In this document: positions 40,721 through 51,369 of the stretch, piece after piece | How the letters are laid out: the number at the start of each line of letters is the position of its first letter | How positions within the stretch are numbered: position 1 is the stretch's first letter | Assembly: GCA_028282585.1 (NCBI GenBank) | Contig: JANQHR010000149.1 | Location: 1-64,000, forward strand | Length of the DNA stretch: 64,000 nucleotides | Direction of reading: 5' to 3' | Source: Bacteroidales bacterium | GTDB taxonomy: Bacteria > Bacteroidota > Bacteroidia > Bacteroidales > UBA12077 | Made by a program: the position numbers and the translations under genes | The notes under the pieces: model-generated | What the model saw: the letters and a program-made list of their open reading frames with translations, nothing else | What the model was told of the DNA's origin: nothing | Database searches by the model: none

Positions 40721-42118
40721 ATGAAAGATTCAGAACACAAAAATAGAGCAGAAACTGCAACAATAAAGGACCAGCAAAAGCAACTTATACTTCATGGCAA
40801 CTTAAAACAAGTTATGTGGAAACTTTCCCTGCCTGCCATAATAGCTATGGTGTTGTATGGGTTAAATGCTTTTCTCGATACTGTTTTTGTCGGCCAGCTT
40901 TTGAACGAAATAGCCTTGGCTGGAGTAGCAATGGCATACCCGTTAACAAGTATTATGCTTGGACTTGGCTCCCTTGCAGGAACCGGAGCAGCTTCTGCAT
41001 TAAGTATTGCCATAGGAGCTAACGACACGGATACCCAACGAAAATTATTAAGCAATACAACTGTCTTAATGCTTATTAGCACGATAATATTTGCAGTGCC
41101 AGCTTATATTTTTGCCGAACCGCTCATAAAAATGATGGGGGGACGTGGTCAAATCCTTCAGGAAGGGACAGCATATTTTAAAGTTACTCTTATAGGTTCC
41201 ATATTCTGGGTGTATGGATTGGGACTTAACCTTGTTATACGGGGTGAAGGTAAAATGAAAGAAGCAGCCATTATGATGAGTTATGGCCTTATTGTTAATG
41301 TTATGCTCACCCCCTTGTTTATTGCTGTATTCAACATGGGAATTTCCGGTGCAGCTTGGGCAACAAACATTGGTATGCTGATTTACAGCGTAGTTGGTTA
41401 TCGTTATTTTAAACGTGGGAAAGCCTCTTTTCTCGCCAATATCAACCAGTTGAAATTCAATAAAGAAGTTTTTAAATCAATTCTATCACTCGGGATGCCC
41501 GGTTTTATAATGAGTATCATGGCTCTTTTGCAGGCTATTGTAGTTTTTAATGCTTTAAACAGTTATGGTACTGATAAGGATCTTGCTTTTTTTGCTGCTG
41601 CCAACCGCATATTATTGTTCCTTATGACACCTTTATTTGGTCTCATGCGTGCCTTGCAGCCCATTGCAGGCATTAATTTCGGAGCTAAGCAATACGATAA
41701 AGTAAAACAAAGTTTTATACTGTTTTCCAAAACAGGCTTTTATATTGTTTTTCCCTTTTGGGTGCTCATGACCATCTTCCCAGAAGCATCACTTCGGATG
41801 GCTTTACCAGAAATGAACCTCGTGGCTAACGATTTATTGAATTTCAGGATATACATGTTGATACTGCCATTGCTCCCGATCATATTTATGGCTCTTACAT
41901 TTTTTCCCGCTATTAATGAAGGCAAATACGGAACCATAATTGGAATAGCTCGTCAGGTCATTTTTTACATTCCTGTAATGCTTTTATTGCCTCGATTCTT
42001 TGGTACTAACTGGGTATACTATGGTTCCACTTTAATCGACATAACGCTGACAATTTGGATAGTACTTATAGTGAGAAAGTTGTTTGGGAAAATAACCGTA
42101 AACCAAGCTAATAGTTAA
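40721..42118 (+). CDS. MATE family transporter
   Basis: LSLPAIIAM..DTVFVGQ, RGEG, MGISGAAWAT, GINFGA. Confidence 0.92.
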   Translation: MKDSEHKNRAETATIKDQQKQLILHGNLKQVMWKLSLPAIIAMVLYGLNAFLDTVFVGQLLNEIALAGVAMAYPLTSIMLGLGSLAGTGAASALSIAIGANDTDTQRKLLSNTTVLMLISTIIFAVPAYIFAEPLIKMMGGRGQILQEGTAYFKVTLIGSIFWVYGLGLNLVIRGEGKMKEAAIMMSYGLIVNVMLTPLFIAVFNMGISGAAWATNIGMLIYSVVGYRYFKRGKASFLANINQLKFNKEVFKSILSLGMPGFIMSIMALLQAIVVFNALNSYGTDKDLAFFAAANRILLFLMTPLFGLMRALQPIAGINFGAKQYDKVKQSFILFSKTGFYIVFPFWVLMTIFPEASLRMALPEMNLVANDLLNFRIYMLILPLLPIIFMALTFFPAINEGKYGTIIGIARQVIFYIPVMLLLPRFFGTNWVYYGSTLIDITLTIWIVLIVRKLFGKITVNQANS

Positions 42119-42151
42119 AATAAGATGTTAATTAAATAACAATATAATTCA

Positions 42152-43915
42152 ATGAAAAAACAGAAACAAAAATCCGGGATAGCCCGTTTGCTTGTAATTG
42201 CAGGCAAGCGTAAAGGTTTACTGTTCCTGTCGGGGCTTCTCGCAATCGTTCATGCAGTGTTAACGCTAGTACCTTATGCTTTAGTATATTACATTTTGAA
42301 AGAATTACTAACCATAGGTATTTCTGCCGGAGAAATTAGTAAGTGGCTGGTTTGGGCTTTCTTAGCCATATCAGGCTCTTTTATACTAATGTATGCTTCC
42401 GGTATGGCATCGCATATTGCTGCCTTCAATATTCTATACGAATTGCGTTGTAAAATTGCTGATAAGTTGGGTAAAATGCCCATGGGATATGTAGGGAAGC
42501 GAAGTTCCGGCTCGTTAAAAAAAATACTTGCTGATGATGTTGAACGAATCGAAACCTTTATTGCCCACGGTATTCCTGATTCGGTAAAAGCCATTACTCT
42601 TCCAACCCTGGTACTCATCTTTTTATTTACCATCGACTGGCGTTTATCTTTAATCACTTTCGCCCCATTGGTGATAGTTATAGTTCTGGTTTTTTCTGCC
42701 TTTGCCACACCAAAAGCCAAAGCAACCATGAAAAAATACCATAGCTCACTCGAAGACATGAATGCAGGGATTGTGGAATTTGTAAGAGCTATGCCTGTAA
42801 TGAAAATTTTTGGGCAATCGGCCAGAGCTTTCAAAAAATACAGTTCAACAGTTGATGATTACAATACATTTGTTGAAAAATGGACAAAAATATCTGCCAG
42901 TGTTTGGGGCATGCTTATTAGTTTTTTGAACAATGCCTTGTTGCCATTGCTGGTAGTAGGTTTGCTATTCTACTTCAATAATGATTTAACACTTCCCGTG
43001 TTCTTCCTGTTCCTGATATTAGGCGTAGGCTTTGTAAGACCGGTATTTGCACTTATGAGCCTGGGCCCACAAATAAGTATTATCAATCACGGAGTTAAAC
43101 GCATCGATGAAATCTTGTTTGAAGTGGAGGAACAAGAATACGGTAAAGAAGAAGAATCCGATGATTTTTCTGTTGAATTCAAAAATGTGGACTTTTCGTA
43201 TGTTGAAGGTACAGAAGTACTGAAAGACATTAGTTTTAAAGTACCACAAGGAAGCATAACAGCGCTCGTTGGGCCTTCAGGTTCAGGAAAATCAACAGCC
43301 GGCCAGCTCATCGCACGTTTTTATGATGTAAAAAATGGTAGTATCAGCCTGGGAGGTATCAATATTAACGATTTTAAAGCTGAACAGTTGATGGAAAATA
43401 TTGGCTTTGTTTTCCAGGACAACATGATGTTTTTCCAAAGTTTTTATGACAATATCCGTATGGGAAGCAACAAAAGCCTGGAAGAAGTAAAAGCCGCCGC
43501 AAAAATTGCACGCTGTCACGACTTCATTATGAAATTACCCAACGGATACGACACTAAATTCGGTGATAAAGGCATACACCTGAGCGGAGGGGAACAACAA
43601 CGCATCCAATTAGCCCGGGTAGTGCTAAAAGACCCAAAAGTATTAGTACTTGATGAAGCAACAGCATTCAGCGATCCTGAAAACGAACACCTTATCATGC
43701 AGGCCTTCAGCGAAATAATACAGGATAAAACTGTTGTTGTTATTGCCCATCGCCTGTCAACTATTGCCGAAGTCGACCAGATAGTTGTGCTAGATAATGG
43801 AAAAGCGGATGCCATTGGTACGCATGAAGAGTTAATTAAAACAAGCAAGTTATATATGAAAATGTGGAATGCGCACAAAAGGGCTAAAGAATTCGAAATA
43901 ATTAACAATGGATAA
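42152..43915 (+). CDS. ABC ATP-binding/permease (IrtA/YbtP-like)
   Basis: SHIAAFNILYELR, DDVERIETFIAH, GPSGSGKST, LSGGEQQR, LDEATAFSDPENE. Confidence 0.9.
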   Translation: MKKQKQKSGIARLLVIAGKRKGLLFLSGLLAIVHAVLTLVPYALVYYILKELLTIGISAGEISKWLVWAFLAISGSFILMYASGMASHIAAFNILYELRCKIADKLGKMPMGYVGKRSSGSLKKILADDVERIETFIAHGIPDSVKAITLPTLVLIFLFTIDWRLSLITFAPLVIVIVLVFSAFATPKAKATMKKYHSSLEDMNAGIVEFVRAMPVMKIFGQSARAFKKYSSTVDDYNTFVEKWTKISASVWGMLISFLNNALLPLLVVGLLFYFNNDLTLPVFFLFLILGVGFVRPVFALMSLGPQISIINHGVKRIDEILFEVEEQEYGKEEESDDFSVEFKNVDFSYVEGTEVLKDISFKVPQGSITALVGPSGSGKSTAGQLIARFYDVKNGSISLGGININDFKAEQLMENIGFVFQDNMMFFQSFYDNIRMGSNKSLEEVKAAAKIARCHDFIMKLPNGYDTKFGDKGIHLSGGEQQRIQLARVVLKDPKVLVLDEATAFSDPENEHLIMQAFSEIIQDKTVVVIAHRLSTIAEVDQIVVLDNGKADAIGTHEELIKTSKLYMKMWNAHKRAKEFEIINNG

Positions 43916-43983
43916 TGGACAATTAATAATTATCAATTTTCTACTATCCATTCTCCATTATTAACTATTAATTAAAAAATATT

Positions 43984-45726
43984 ATGTTAAAAAATACTTT
44001 ATACCTTTTTAAATTAACAAAAATAAGGTTAAACAAAGTTGTAGCCGGAGAGTTCCTGCATGGACTTTTACTGGCAGCTCCAATAGGAATATTGCTATTG
44101 ATAATCTGGGAACTGTTCAAAGAAACCCCAGGCAAAACCTACATCTGGCAGTTAGTAGTCTTTCTGGTTTTTATGTTTATCCTGCAAATGTGGATAGCCA
44201 GAAAAATCTTTGTCAGCAACAACCTTGCCATTTACAACATGACATCACGATTACGCATTAAGTTAGGTAATCAGCTGCAAAAACTATCGCTTGGATTTTA
44301 TAAAAGACGTGAACCCGGCGATTTAGCTTCAGTTGTTTTGCAGGATGTTACCAATATAGAAACCATTCTGGGTCACTCCCTGCCTAATATTATCGGAGCC
44401 ATTCTCGGTACATTTTTTCTTTCTATATTCCTCTTGATTACCGACTGGAAACTAGCCCTGGTATTGTTAGCTGCCATACCATTGGCGTACCTGTTTGTAA
44501 TTCTGGCCACCATGTTAATGAAAAAAATCAGCCATGAGCATATCCAATCTCGCAACCGTACGGGTAGTCGTTTTATAGAATATGTAATCGGCATCAGACA
44601 CCTTAAAGCATTTAATCAAACAGGAGAACGTTTTTCTACTTTAAAACAAACATTTGAAAAGCTGCGCAAAGACAGTATTCGTGTAGAAGCTGTTCCCGGT
44701 CCGTTTGTGATGTTGAGTTTTATGATTTTTGAGCTTTTTTTCCTGTTAATGATCTACCACGGACTACTTCGCCTTTCAGGAGATACACTTGATATACCAG
44801 CACTGATTGCATTTCTGGTAATAGGTTACAAACTCTACGAACCGCTCAAATTACTGATGATTGATTATGCTATTTTACGTTATATGAATGTAAGCCTCAA
44901 ACGGGTTATAGATTTACTACAATCACCATTACAAGATAAAGGCAAGGATGAAATTCCCGATAACTGGCACGTCGAATTTAAAGATGTAACCTTTTCTTAC
45001 CTCGACCGGGAAATATTGAAAAATGTAAGTTTCAACATTCCCGAAAAAGGATTAACAGCACTGGTAGGGGCTTCCGGATCAGGAAAAACCACCATTGCCA
45101 ACCTGATAGCCCGTTTTTGGGATGTTCAGCAAGGTAGTGTTCGTATTGGCGGCGTTAATGTAAAAGACATGTCGCCGCAAAACGTTTACAAACTTATCAG
45201 TCAGGTATTTCAGGATGTTTACCTTTTTGACGACACGGTTTACAACAACATTAAAATTGGCAACCCAGATGCATCCCGCGAAGAAATAATGCGAGTTGCA
45301 GAAAAAGCACAGGTTACCGAATTCTTAAACATTCTGCCTAAAGGCATTGAAACAATGGTTGGTGAAGGAGGCTCTCATCTTTCCGGCGGGCAAAAGCAAC
45401 GTATTTCCATAGCACGTGCCATGCTTAAAAATGCACCGATAATCCTTCTTGATGAGGCGACGGCATCGCTTGATCCAGAAAATGAAATATACATTCAACA
45501 AGCTATACAGGAACTGGTAAAAGAAAAAACCGTGGTAGTAATTGCCCATAAGCTGCAAACAATTCGTAATGCCGATAATATAATTGTATTAGAAAATGGA
45601 AATATTGCAGAACAGGGTAAACATAAGGAATTATTGAACAACAAAGGACTATATGCGAATTACTGGAACACACAGCAAAAAACAACAGGCTGGAAGCTGA
45701 AAAAACAAGTTGTAATTGATAATTGA
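43984..45726 (+). CDS. ABC ATP-binding/permease (IrtB/YbtQ-like)
   Basis: GASGSGKTT, LIARFWDV, LSGGQKQRISIARA, LDEATASLDPENE. Confidence 0.9.
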   Translation: MLKNTLYLFKLTKIRLNKVVAGEFLHGLLLAAPIGILLLIIWELFKETPGKTYIWQLVVFLVFMFILQMWIARKIFVSNNLAIYNMTSRLRIKLGNQLQKLSLGFYKRREPGDLASVVLQDVTNIETILGHSLPNIIGAILGTFFLSIFLLITDWKLALVLLAAIPLAYLFVILATMLMKKISHEHIQSRNRTGSRFIEYVIGIRHLKAFNQTGERFSTLKQTFEKLRKDSIRVEAVPGPFVMLSFMIFELFFLLMIYHGLLRLSGDTLDIPALIAFLVIGYKLYEPLKLLMIDYAILRYMNVSLKRVIDLLQSPLQDKGKDEIPDNWHVEFKDVTFSYLDREILKNVSFNIPEKGLTALVGASGSGKTTIANLIARFWDVQQGSVRIGGVNVKDMSPQNVYKLISQVFQDVYLFDDTVYNNIKIGNPDASREEIMRVAEKAQVTEFLNILPKGIETMVGEGGSHLSGGQKQRISIARAMLKNAPIILLDEATASLDPENEIYIQQAIQELVKEKTVVVIAHKLQTIRNADNIIVLENGNIAEQGKHKELLNNKGLYANYWNTQQKTTGWKLKKQVVIDN

Positions 45727-45778
45727 CAAAGTGGATAATAGTTAATAGATTGAAAATTGATTGTATATAAAGTTAAAG

Positions 45779-46408
45779 ATGCAAAAGGAAACATATTGGT
45801 CGCGTTTTGCAAGCGATTTTGAAGAACGTAACAAGTACGTTGTTGGTAAAAAAGATATGCATCTGATATTAAATAAAATCTCAGAGCAAAAAAACCTGAA
45901 AAATACATTGGAGTTAGGTTGTGGTAACGGAACTTATTCAAAGGTGCTTGCCTCAAACACAGATAATCTTTTAGCTACAGATCTTTCTGATAAGATGGTT
46001 GAAGCGAGTAAAGCTCGTCTTAAATCATTTTCAAATATTGAAGTTGAAAAGGCTAATTGTTTTGATTTACAATATGATAATAATTCATTCGACACAGTTT
46101 TTATGGCTAATTTGCTTCATATTATTCCGGAACCCGAAAAAGCTATTCCTCAAATAAACAAAGTGTTAAAAAAGGATGGAAAGCTAATTATATTGAGCTT
46201 TACGGCAGAAGGAATGAAACTCATAAACAAGTTAAGGATGTTTTACCGTTACCTTAAAACTTATGGGAAACCATCTCCTCATGCTCAAACGTTGTATTTA
46301 GAAAATGTAGAAAATATGCTTATAGAAAAGGGTTTTGAAATAAAAGGTTCAGAATTGTTGGGTAAAAGAATGAAAGCGATTTTTATAATAGCAGTTAAAA
46401 GAACTTAA
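45779..46408 (+). CDS. Class I SAM-dependent methyltransferase
   Basis: LELGCGNG, TDLS, FDTVFMANLLH. Confidence 0.9.
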   Translation: MQKETYWSRFASDFEERNKYVVGKKDMHLILNKISEQKNLKNTLELGCGNGTYSKVLASNTDNLLATDLSDKMVEASKARLKSFSNIEVEKANCFDLQYDNNSFDTVFMANLLHIIPEPEKAIPQINKVLKKDGKLIILSFTAEGMKLINKLRMFYRYLKTYGKPSPHAQTLYLENVENMLIEKGFEIKGSELLGKRMKAIFIIAVKRT

Positions 46409-46418
46409 TACTTTTTAA

Positions 46419-47054
46419 ATGAAAACTAGGGCAGAGCAAGAACAAAAATTCTGGGACTCATTTGCGATTAAGTATGATGATCTTATCAATAATAGGGCAT
46501 TTAAAACCTATAAAGTACTTTATAAATTCTTACTTGCAGATACAATGGAAACAAAGCATTTATTAGAAATCGCTACAGGTACAGGAATACATTCAATTGA
46601 CCTCTGCAAGCAAATACCAAAAATTACTGCAACCGACCTTTCACCTGAAATGTTAAAAATTGCAATAAAAAAAAGCAAAGAAAATAATATTACCAATATA
46701 AATTTTCTGGCTGAAGATTCATGTAATCTGTCTTTTCCTGATAAATCTTTTGATACCATTTTAGCTTCTAATGTTTTGCATTTACTTTACAAGCCTGATT
46801 GGGCAATGATGGAGATGAAGCGCGTTTTAAAAGATAATGGTAAAATTATCATTCCTACTTATTGCCATGGGCAAAACCTCTTTACTCATATTATCTCCAG
46901 GTTAATGAGTTTATCGGGTTTTAGGGCTAGATCAAGGTGGTCAGTAAAAGGTTTTAAGAAGTTTTTAAATAAAAATGGTTTTGAACTAATCAAATTCGAA
47001 AAGATAAAAGATACCATTCCTTTAGTTTATGCGGTTGTTCAGTTAAAAAATTAA
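46419..47054 (+). CDS. Class I SAM-dependent methyltransferase
   Basis: LEIATGTG, TDLSPEML, SFDTILASNVLH. Confidence 0.9.
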   Translation: MKTRAEQEQKFWDSFAIKYDDLINNRAFKTYKVLYKFLLADTMETKHLLEIATGTGIHSIDLCKQIPKITATDLSPEMLKIAIKKSKENNITNINFLAEDSCNLSFPDKSFDTILASNVLHLLYKPDWAMMEMKRVLKDNGKIIIPTYCHGQNLFTHIISRLMSLSGFRARSRWSVKGFKKFLNKNGFELIKFEKIKDTIPLVYAVVQLKN

Positions 47055-47057
47055 ATT

Positions 47058-48086
47058 ATGAGATATATCCTAATTGCCTTTTTATCCGCTATCCTTTTCG
47101 GGGCATCTACTCCTGCAGCCAAGGTCCTGCTGGAGAATACTCCTCCGTTTACCCTTGCCGGATTATTGTATTTAGGGGCAGCATTAGGAGTTTTGCCTTT
47201 TTCAAAAAAGAAAAATAATGCACTCGAAGTAAAAAAAATTGGTAAGAAGAATATGTTATACCTTCTTGGAGCAATAATTTTCGGGGGATTAGTTGGTCCC
47301 GTAATGCTCCTATTTGGATTAGATCAAGCATCTGCTTCTTCTGTTTCAATGTGGCTCAATCTGGAGCTTGTAGCTACAGCATTATTGGGATTTTTTATTT
47401 TTAAAGACCATCTGGGTAAATTCGGATGGATCGGTGTTGTTGGAACAGTGATTGCGTCAGTACTTTTATCACAATACGAACAAGGTATAGGAATTTATTC
47501 TTTACTCCTGGTATTTGCTGCCTGCGTTTGTTGGGGCCTTGATAATCACTTTACAGCATTAATTGACCGTATAACACCCAGCCAAACTACTTTTTGGAAA
47601 GGTTTAGTTGCAGGAAGTACAAATTTAATAATTGGCTTGCTTGTAGAATCAAATCAGCTTTCGGCACTGGTAATATCTTTAGCTTTAATAGTAGGTATTT
47701 TTGCTTATGGTTTTAGTATAACTTTATACATTCTTGCTGCACAAAATTTGGGAGCAACAAGAAGTCAAATGATTTTTGCCAGCGCTCCCTTTTTTGGTGT
47801 AATTCTTTCAATTTTATTATTGGGAGAAAGCATTACCATAATTACAATTGCTGCAATTATATTATTAGTTATTTCACTAATTATACTATTCCGCGACCAG
47901 CACATGCATACTCATTCACACAATATGCTTGAACATAAACATTTGCACTATCACCACGATAAACATCATAATCATGGACATTCTGATGATGAAAAAGCAA
48001 TTTATCATAATCACTGGCACACTCATGAGCCAGTCGAACACAGGCATCCACACTGGCCGGATATTCATCACAGGCATAAACATTGA
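47058..48086 (+). CDS. DMT/EamA transporter with His-rich C-terminal tail
   Basis: FGASTP.AK, LAGLLYLGA, WGLDN, HEPVEHRHPHWPDIHHRHKH. Confidence 0.9.
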   Translation: MRYILIAFLSAILFGASTPAAKVLLENTPPFTLAGLLYLGAALGVLPFSKKKNNALEVKKIGKKNMLYLLGAIIFGGLVGPVMLLFGLDQASASSVSMWLNLELVATALLGFFIFKDHLGKFGWIGVVGTVIASVLLSQYEQGIGIYSLLLVFAACVCWGLDNHFTALIDRITPSQTTFWKGLVAGSTNLIIGLLVESNQLSALVISLALIVGIFAYGFSITLYILAAQNLGATRSQMIFASAPFFGVILSILLLGESITIITIAAIILLVISLIILFRDQHMHTHSHNMLEHKHLHYHHDKHHNHGHSDDEKAIYHNHWHTHEPVEHRHPHWPDIHHRHKH

Positions 48087-48091
48087 AAATC

Positions 48092-49017
48092 ATGACAAGC
48101 CATAATCATCATCACCATCATCGGGAGCACACAGAAAATCTAAAAGGGAAAAAGTTACTTTGGGTTACTTTGCTCAATTTTTCAATTACATTGGTGCAAA
48201 TTGCCGGCGGGATAATATCCAACAGTCTTTCGTTATTATCTGATGCTATTCATAATCTTGGCGACTCATCTGCCATTTTTATCGCATGGTTAGCGGGCAA
48301 AAAGGGCAAAAAAAACCAGACAAACATAGAACATTCGGTTATAAAAGACTTGAAATATTGGCAGCTCTTTTCAATGGGATTGTATTAATAGCCATCTGTA
48401 TTTTTCTGTTGTACGAGGCTTATAAAAGATTTATAAATCCTGAACCGATAAAAGGAAAAATAATGCTTGTGATAGCTGTTTTTGGTTTACTGGCTAATTT
48501 GATTTCAGTTTTAGTTTTAAACAAAGACAAGAATCACAACTTAAATATTAAAGCAGCATATTTACATTTATTGGGCGATACGCTTTCTTCAGTAGCTGTA
48601 ATCTTGAGTGGTATTGCAATTTGGTTGTTTCAAATTTACTGGCTCGACCCATTAATTACGGTTTTTATAAGTCTTTATATTATCTATCACACCTGGGGAA
48701 TGGTAAAAGAAACCGTCGATATTTTAATGCAATCGACACCACAGAATATAGATGTTGATGATTTGAAAAAAGAAGTTGAAAAAATAAGTGAGATAAAGAA
48801 CTTACATCACGTGCATATTTGGAAATTAGATGATAAACAGGTACACTTTGAATCACATATCGACCTTAAAAATAATATAAGCATGGTTGAAATGATGGGA
48901 GTAAAACAAGAAGTCGAAGATGTTTTAAGAAATAAATTTAAAGTAAGCCACGTGACTTTGCAAATGGGTTATGAATGCTGTACTGATAATAATCATTTAA
49001 TAGCAGAAAAACACTAA
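48092..49017 (+). pseudogene. CDF metal transporter (CzcD/ZitB-like) split by a -1 frameshift in an A8 run
   Basis: Frame 1 has SLSLLSDAIHNLGD; frame 2 has PDKHRTFGYKR and AAYLHLLGD; A8 at 48308-48315. Confidence 0.85.
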
Positions 49018-49037
49018 TTAAAACAAACAGTTTAGCC

Positions 49038-49634
49038 ATGAAAACAAGCGATAAATTAATGGGTAAAAACCGGGAAAATATTCCCAACTGGGCTTTCAAA
49101 TTAATGGCCTTTGTAATGAAAATAATGGATGTATTCTGGAATTATTCCAATAATAATTTTAAAACCCTTGGAATTCAAAAAGGTCAAACTATAATTGACT
49201 ACGGCTGCGGACCTGCAAGGTATATACGAAGTATTTCTTTAGCTATTGGAAATGAAGGAAAATTAATTGCTACTGATATTCATCCTCTTGCTATCAAAAA
49301 AGTAAAAGAAAAAATTAAAAGGTTTAAACTACAAAATACCGAAGCAGCTTTATCTAAAGGTTATAACTCACCAATCAATAATGATACTGCGGATGTTGTT
49401 TTAGCGCTTGATATGTTTCATATGATTCAAAACCCGGACGCTTTATTAAATGAGTTCAAACGTATTTTAAAGCCTGATGGCATAGCAATTATCGAAGATG
49501 GACATCAACCTCGAGAAGAAACAAAATTAAAAATTTTATCTAACAGAAACTTTGAGATAATTGAAGAAAATAAAAATCACATGAAAATTCAAAAATCAAC
49601 AACTTTTTCAAAAAGATGGGTAAGTTCCGGATAA
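49038..49634 (+). CDS. Class I SAM-dependent methyltransferase
   Basis: IIDYGCGPA, TDIHP, DMFH, RILKPDG. Confidence 0.88.
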   Translation: MKTSDKLMGKNRENIPNWAFKLMAFVMKIMDVFWNYSNNNFKTLGIQKGQTIIDYGCGPARYIRSISLAIGNEGKLIATDIHPLAIKKVKEKIKRFKLQNTEAALSKGYNSPINNDTADVVLALDMFHMIQNPDALLNEFKRILKPDGIAIIEDGHQPREETKLKILSNRNFEIIEENKNHMKIQKSTTFSKRWVSSG

Positions 49635-49712
49635 GATACAAGTTTCCTCGTATAAGATTATGATGAGATTGGGAAAGATGACGATAAATGCTTTATCTCC
49701 CCTCTCTGTATG

Positions 49713-49763
49713 AAAATCATAACAAATTGGGATTGATTTTTTCTGAACAGTGTTCTTTATTTG
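49713..49763 (+). promoter_or_regulatory. 23-bp box 3 plus -7 element with a TetR operator in the spacer
   Basis: AAAATCATAACAAATTGGGATTG; the 20-nt spacer contains GAACAGTGTTC (49745-55); then TTTATTTG. Confidence 0.7.
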
Positions 49764-49781
49764 TATATTAACTTCTTTTAA

Positions 49782-50395
49782 ATGCAGAAATTAAAAAAGG
49801 ATATTCGCAAACAAGCAATTATTCACGCTAAAAATAAATTTACTGCAAAAGGATTTAAAGATGCTTCGATGCGAACTATTGCTAAAAATGCAAAGGTTGG
49901 GTTAAGCAATATTTACAACTACTTTAAAAACAAAGACGAAATATTTAAGGAAGTGGTGTCTCCGGTATTGGAAGCACTAAAGAAACGGATGGAAGACCAT
50001 AATAACACACATTATATTACAACTGATGTATTTACATCTGAGCAATACCTATAAGTGAAATGATAGATTATTTCGTTGATCTGGTAAAGCATTATAAAAC
50101 CGAATTGAAACTGCTTTTATTACAGTCGCATGGTTCTGAACTTGAAAACTTTAAAGATGAATATATAGACCGAAGTACGGAAACAGGTATAGAATATATA
50201 AAGCTTATGAAAGAAAAGTACCCGAAAATAAATGGAGAATTATCAAAGTTTTTTATCCATACCATGAGTTCATGGTGGATTAGCATTATAAGCGAACTCG
50301 TTTCGCACGATTTAAGCGATAAAGAAATGGAAACTTTTGTCTCAGAGTTTATAATATTTGGTACAGCAGGATGGAAGAAAATTATGAATGCATAA
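49782..50395 (+). pseudogene. TetR paralog with a 1-nt frameshift near 50050
   Basis: Two ORFs (49782-50054, 50060-50395) are collinear with the two halves of 40061-40672 (HTMSSWW, FGTAGWKKIM). Confidence 0.85.
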
Positions 50396-50413
50396 TTTTT
50401 TCAGAACAAGCCT

Positions 50414-50424
50414 GAACACTGTTC
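50414..50424. promoter_or_regulatory. Putative TetR operator
   Basis: GAACACTGTTC just after the tetR2 stop. Confidence 0.65.
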
Positions 50425-50492
50425 TTTATTGAAAATAGTCACAACAAATAACGATACTACAAACTTCGGTCTTCCTATTAAATAATAAAAAA

Positions 50493-51320
50493 ATGAATGA
50501 AACATCTTACATCAAAGCGTTGGATAGTACAGCTAAACAAACAGAGCCAGCCATACGCAAAGCCTTAGAGTGGTTGAAATTATCCGAAGGCAGCAAAGTT
50601 CTCGATGCGCCATGTGGTACAGGAAATCATATGAAATGGATGCTGGAGGCATATCCTGATACTCATATTACTGGGGTGGATATTGCTCAGGAACACGTGC
50701 AGTATGCCAGAAGCAAGCTTAATCAGTCTGGCAAAGGTGGTTCCTGCCATTTTACGGTGGGCGATATGAACAACCTGGAATTTGACGATAATACTTTCGA
50801 CCTGGTTTGGTGTTGCGACGGCCTTTGGCCCGGCCCTAAAGAAGTGGGTTGCCCTGCCGAACAACCTTACGATATTCTGAACCATATGGTCAGGGTCACC
50901 AAACCCGGTGGCAAGATTGCCATTTTATTTTGGTCATCGCAAAGATTGTTGCCCGGTTATCCGAAAATTGAGGCTACACTTAATAATTCAGACTATGCCC
51001 TTCGTCCCTGGTCCGAAAAACAGTCTCCAGAAATGCACTTTACGTATACACCAGTATGGTTAAAGAAAGTTGGGCTAAGCAACATTCAGGTAAAAACATT
51101 TGCAGCCGATATTAAAGCTCCTGAAAACCAATCGGAAAAAGAAGGGTTACAAATACTCTTTGATCTGTTTTGGGGTGAATCCGAAGCGCAAGTTTCCAAA
51201 GAAATTTGGAAAAAATTCAAAAGCCTTACAAATTCTAAATCGGATGAATTTATCCTAAACAATGAAAGCTATGCAGGGATATTGACTTACACCATGTACA
51301 CGGGTATTTTACCCGAATAA
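50493..51320 (+). CDS. Class I SAM-dependent methyltransferase
   Basis: VLDAPCGTG, TGVDI, FDLVW, RVTKPGG. Confidence 0.9.
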   Translation: MNETSYIKALDSTAKQTEPAIRKALEWLKLSEGSKVLDAPCGTGNHMKWMLEAYPDTHITGVDIAQEHVQYARSKLNQSGKGGSCHFTVGDMNNLEFDDNTFDLVWCCDGLWPGPKEVGCPAEQPYDILNHMVRVTKPGGKIAILFWSSQRLLPGYPKIEATLNNSDYALRPWSEKQSPEMHFTYTPVWLKKVGLSNIQVKTFAADIKAPENQSEKEGLQILFDLFWGESEAQVSKEIWKKFKSLTNSKSDEFILNNESYAGILTYTMYTGILPE

Positions 51321-51369
51321 AACATAAATAATAGAAAAACAAACAGAGTCTGTAACAAAAAATGATATA

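Noticed and set aside
43907-45762. Heptamer-like ATGGATA/ATTGATA repeats at 43907-43970 and 45715-45762
   Set aside because: Short, degenerate and AT-rich; not CRISPR (no repeat-spacer period); at most REP-like
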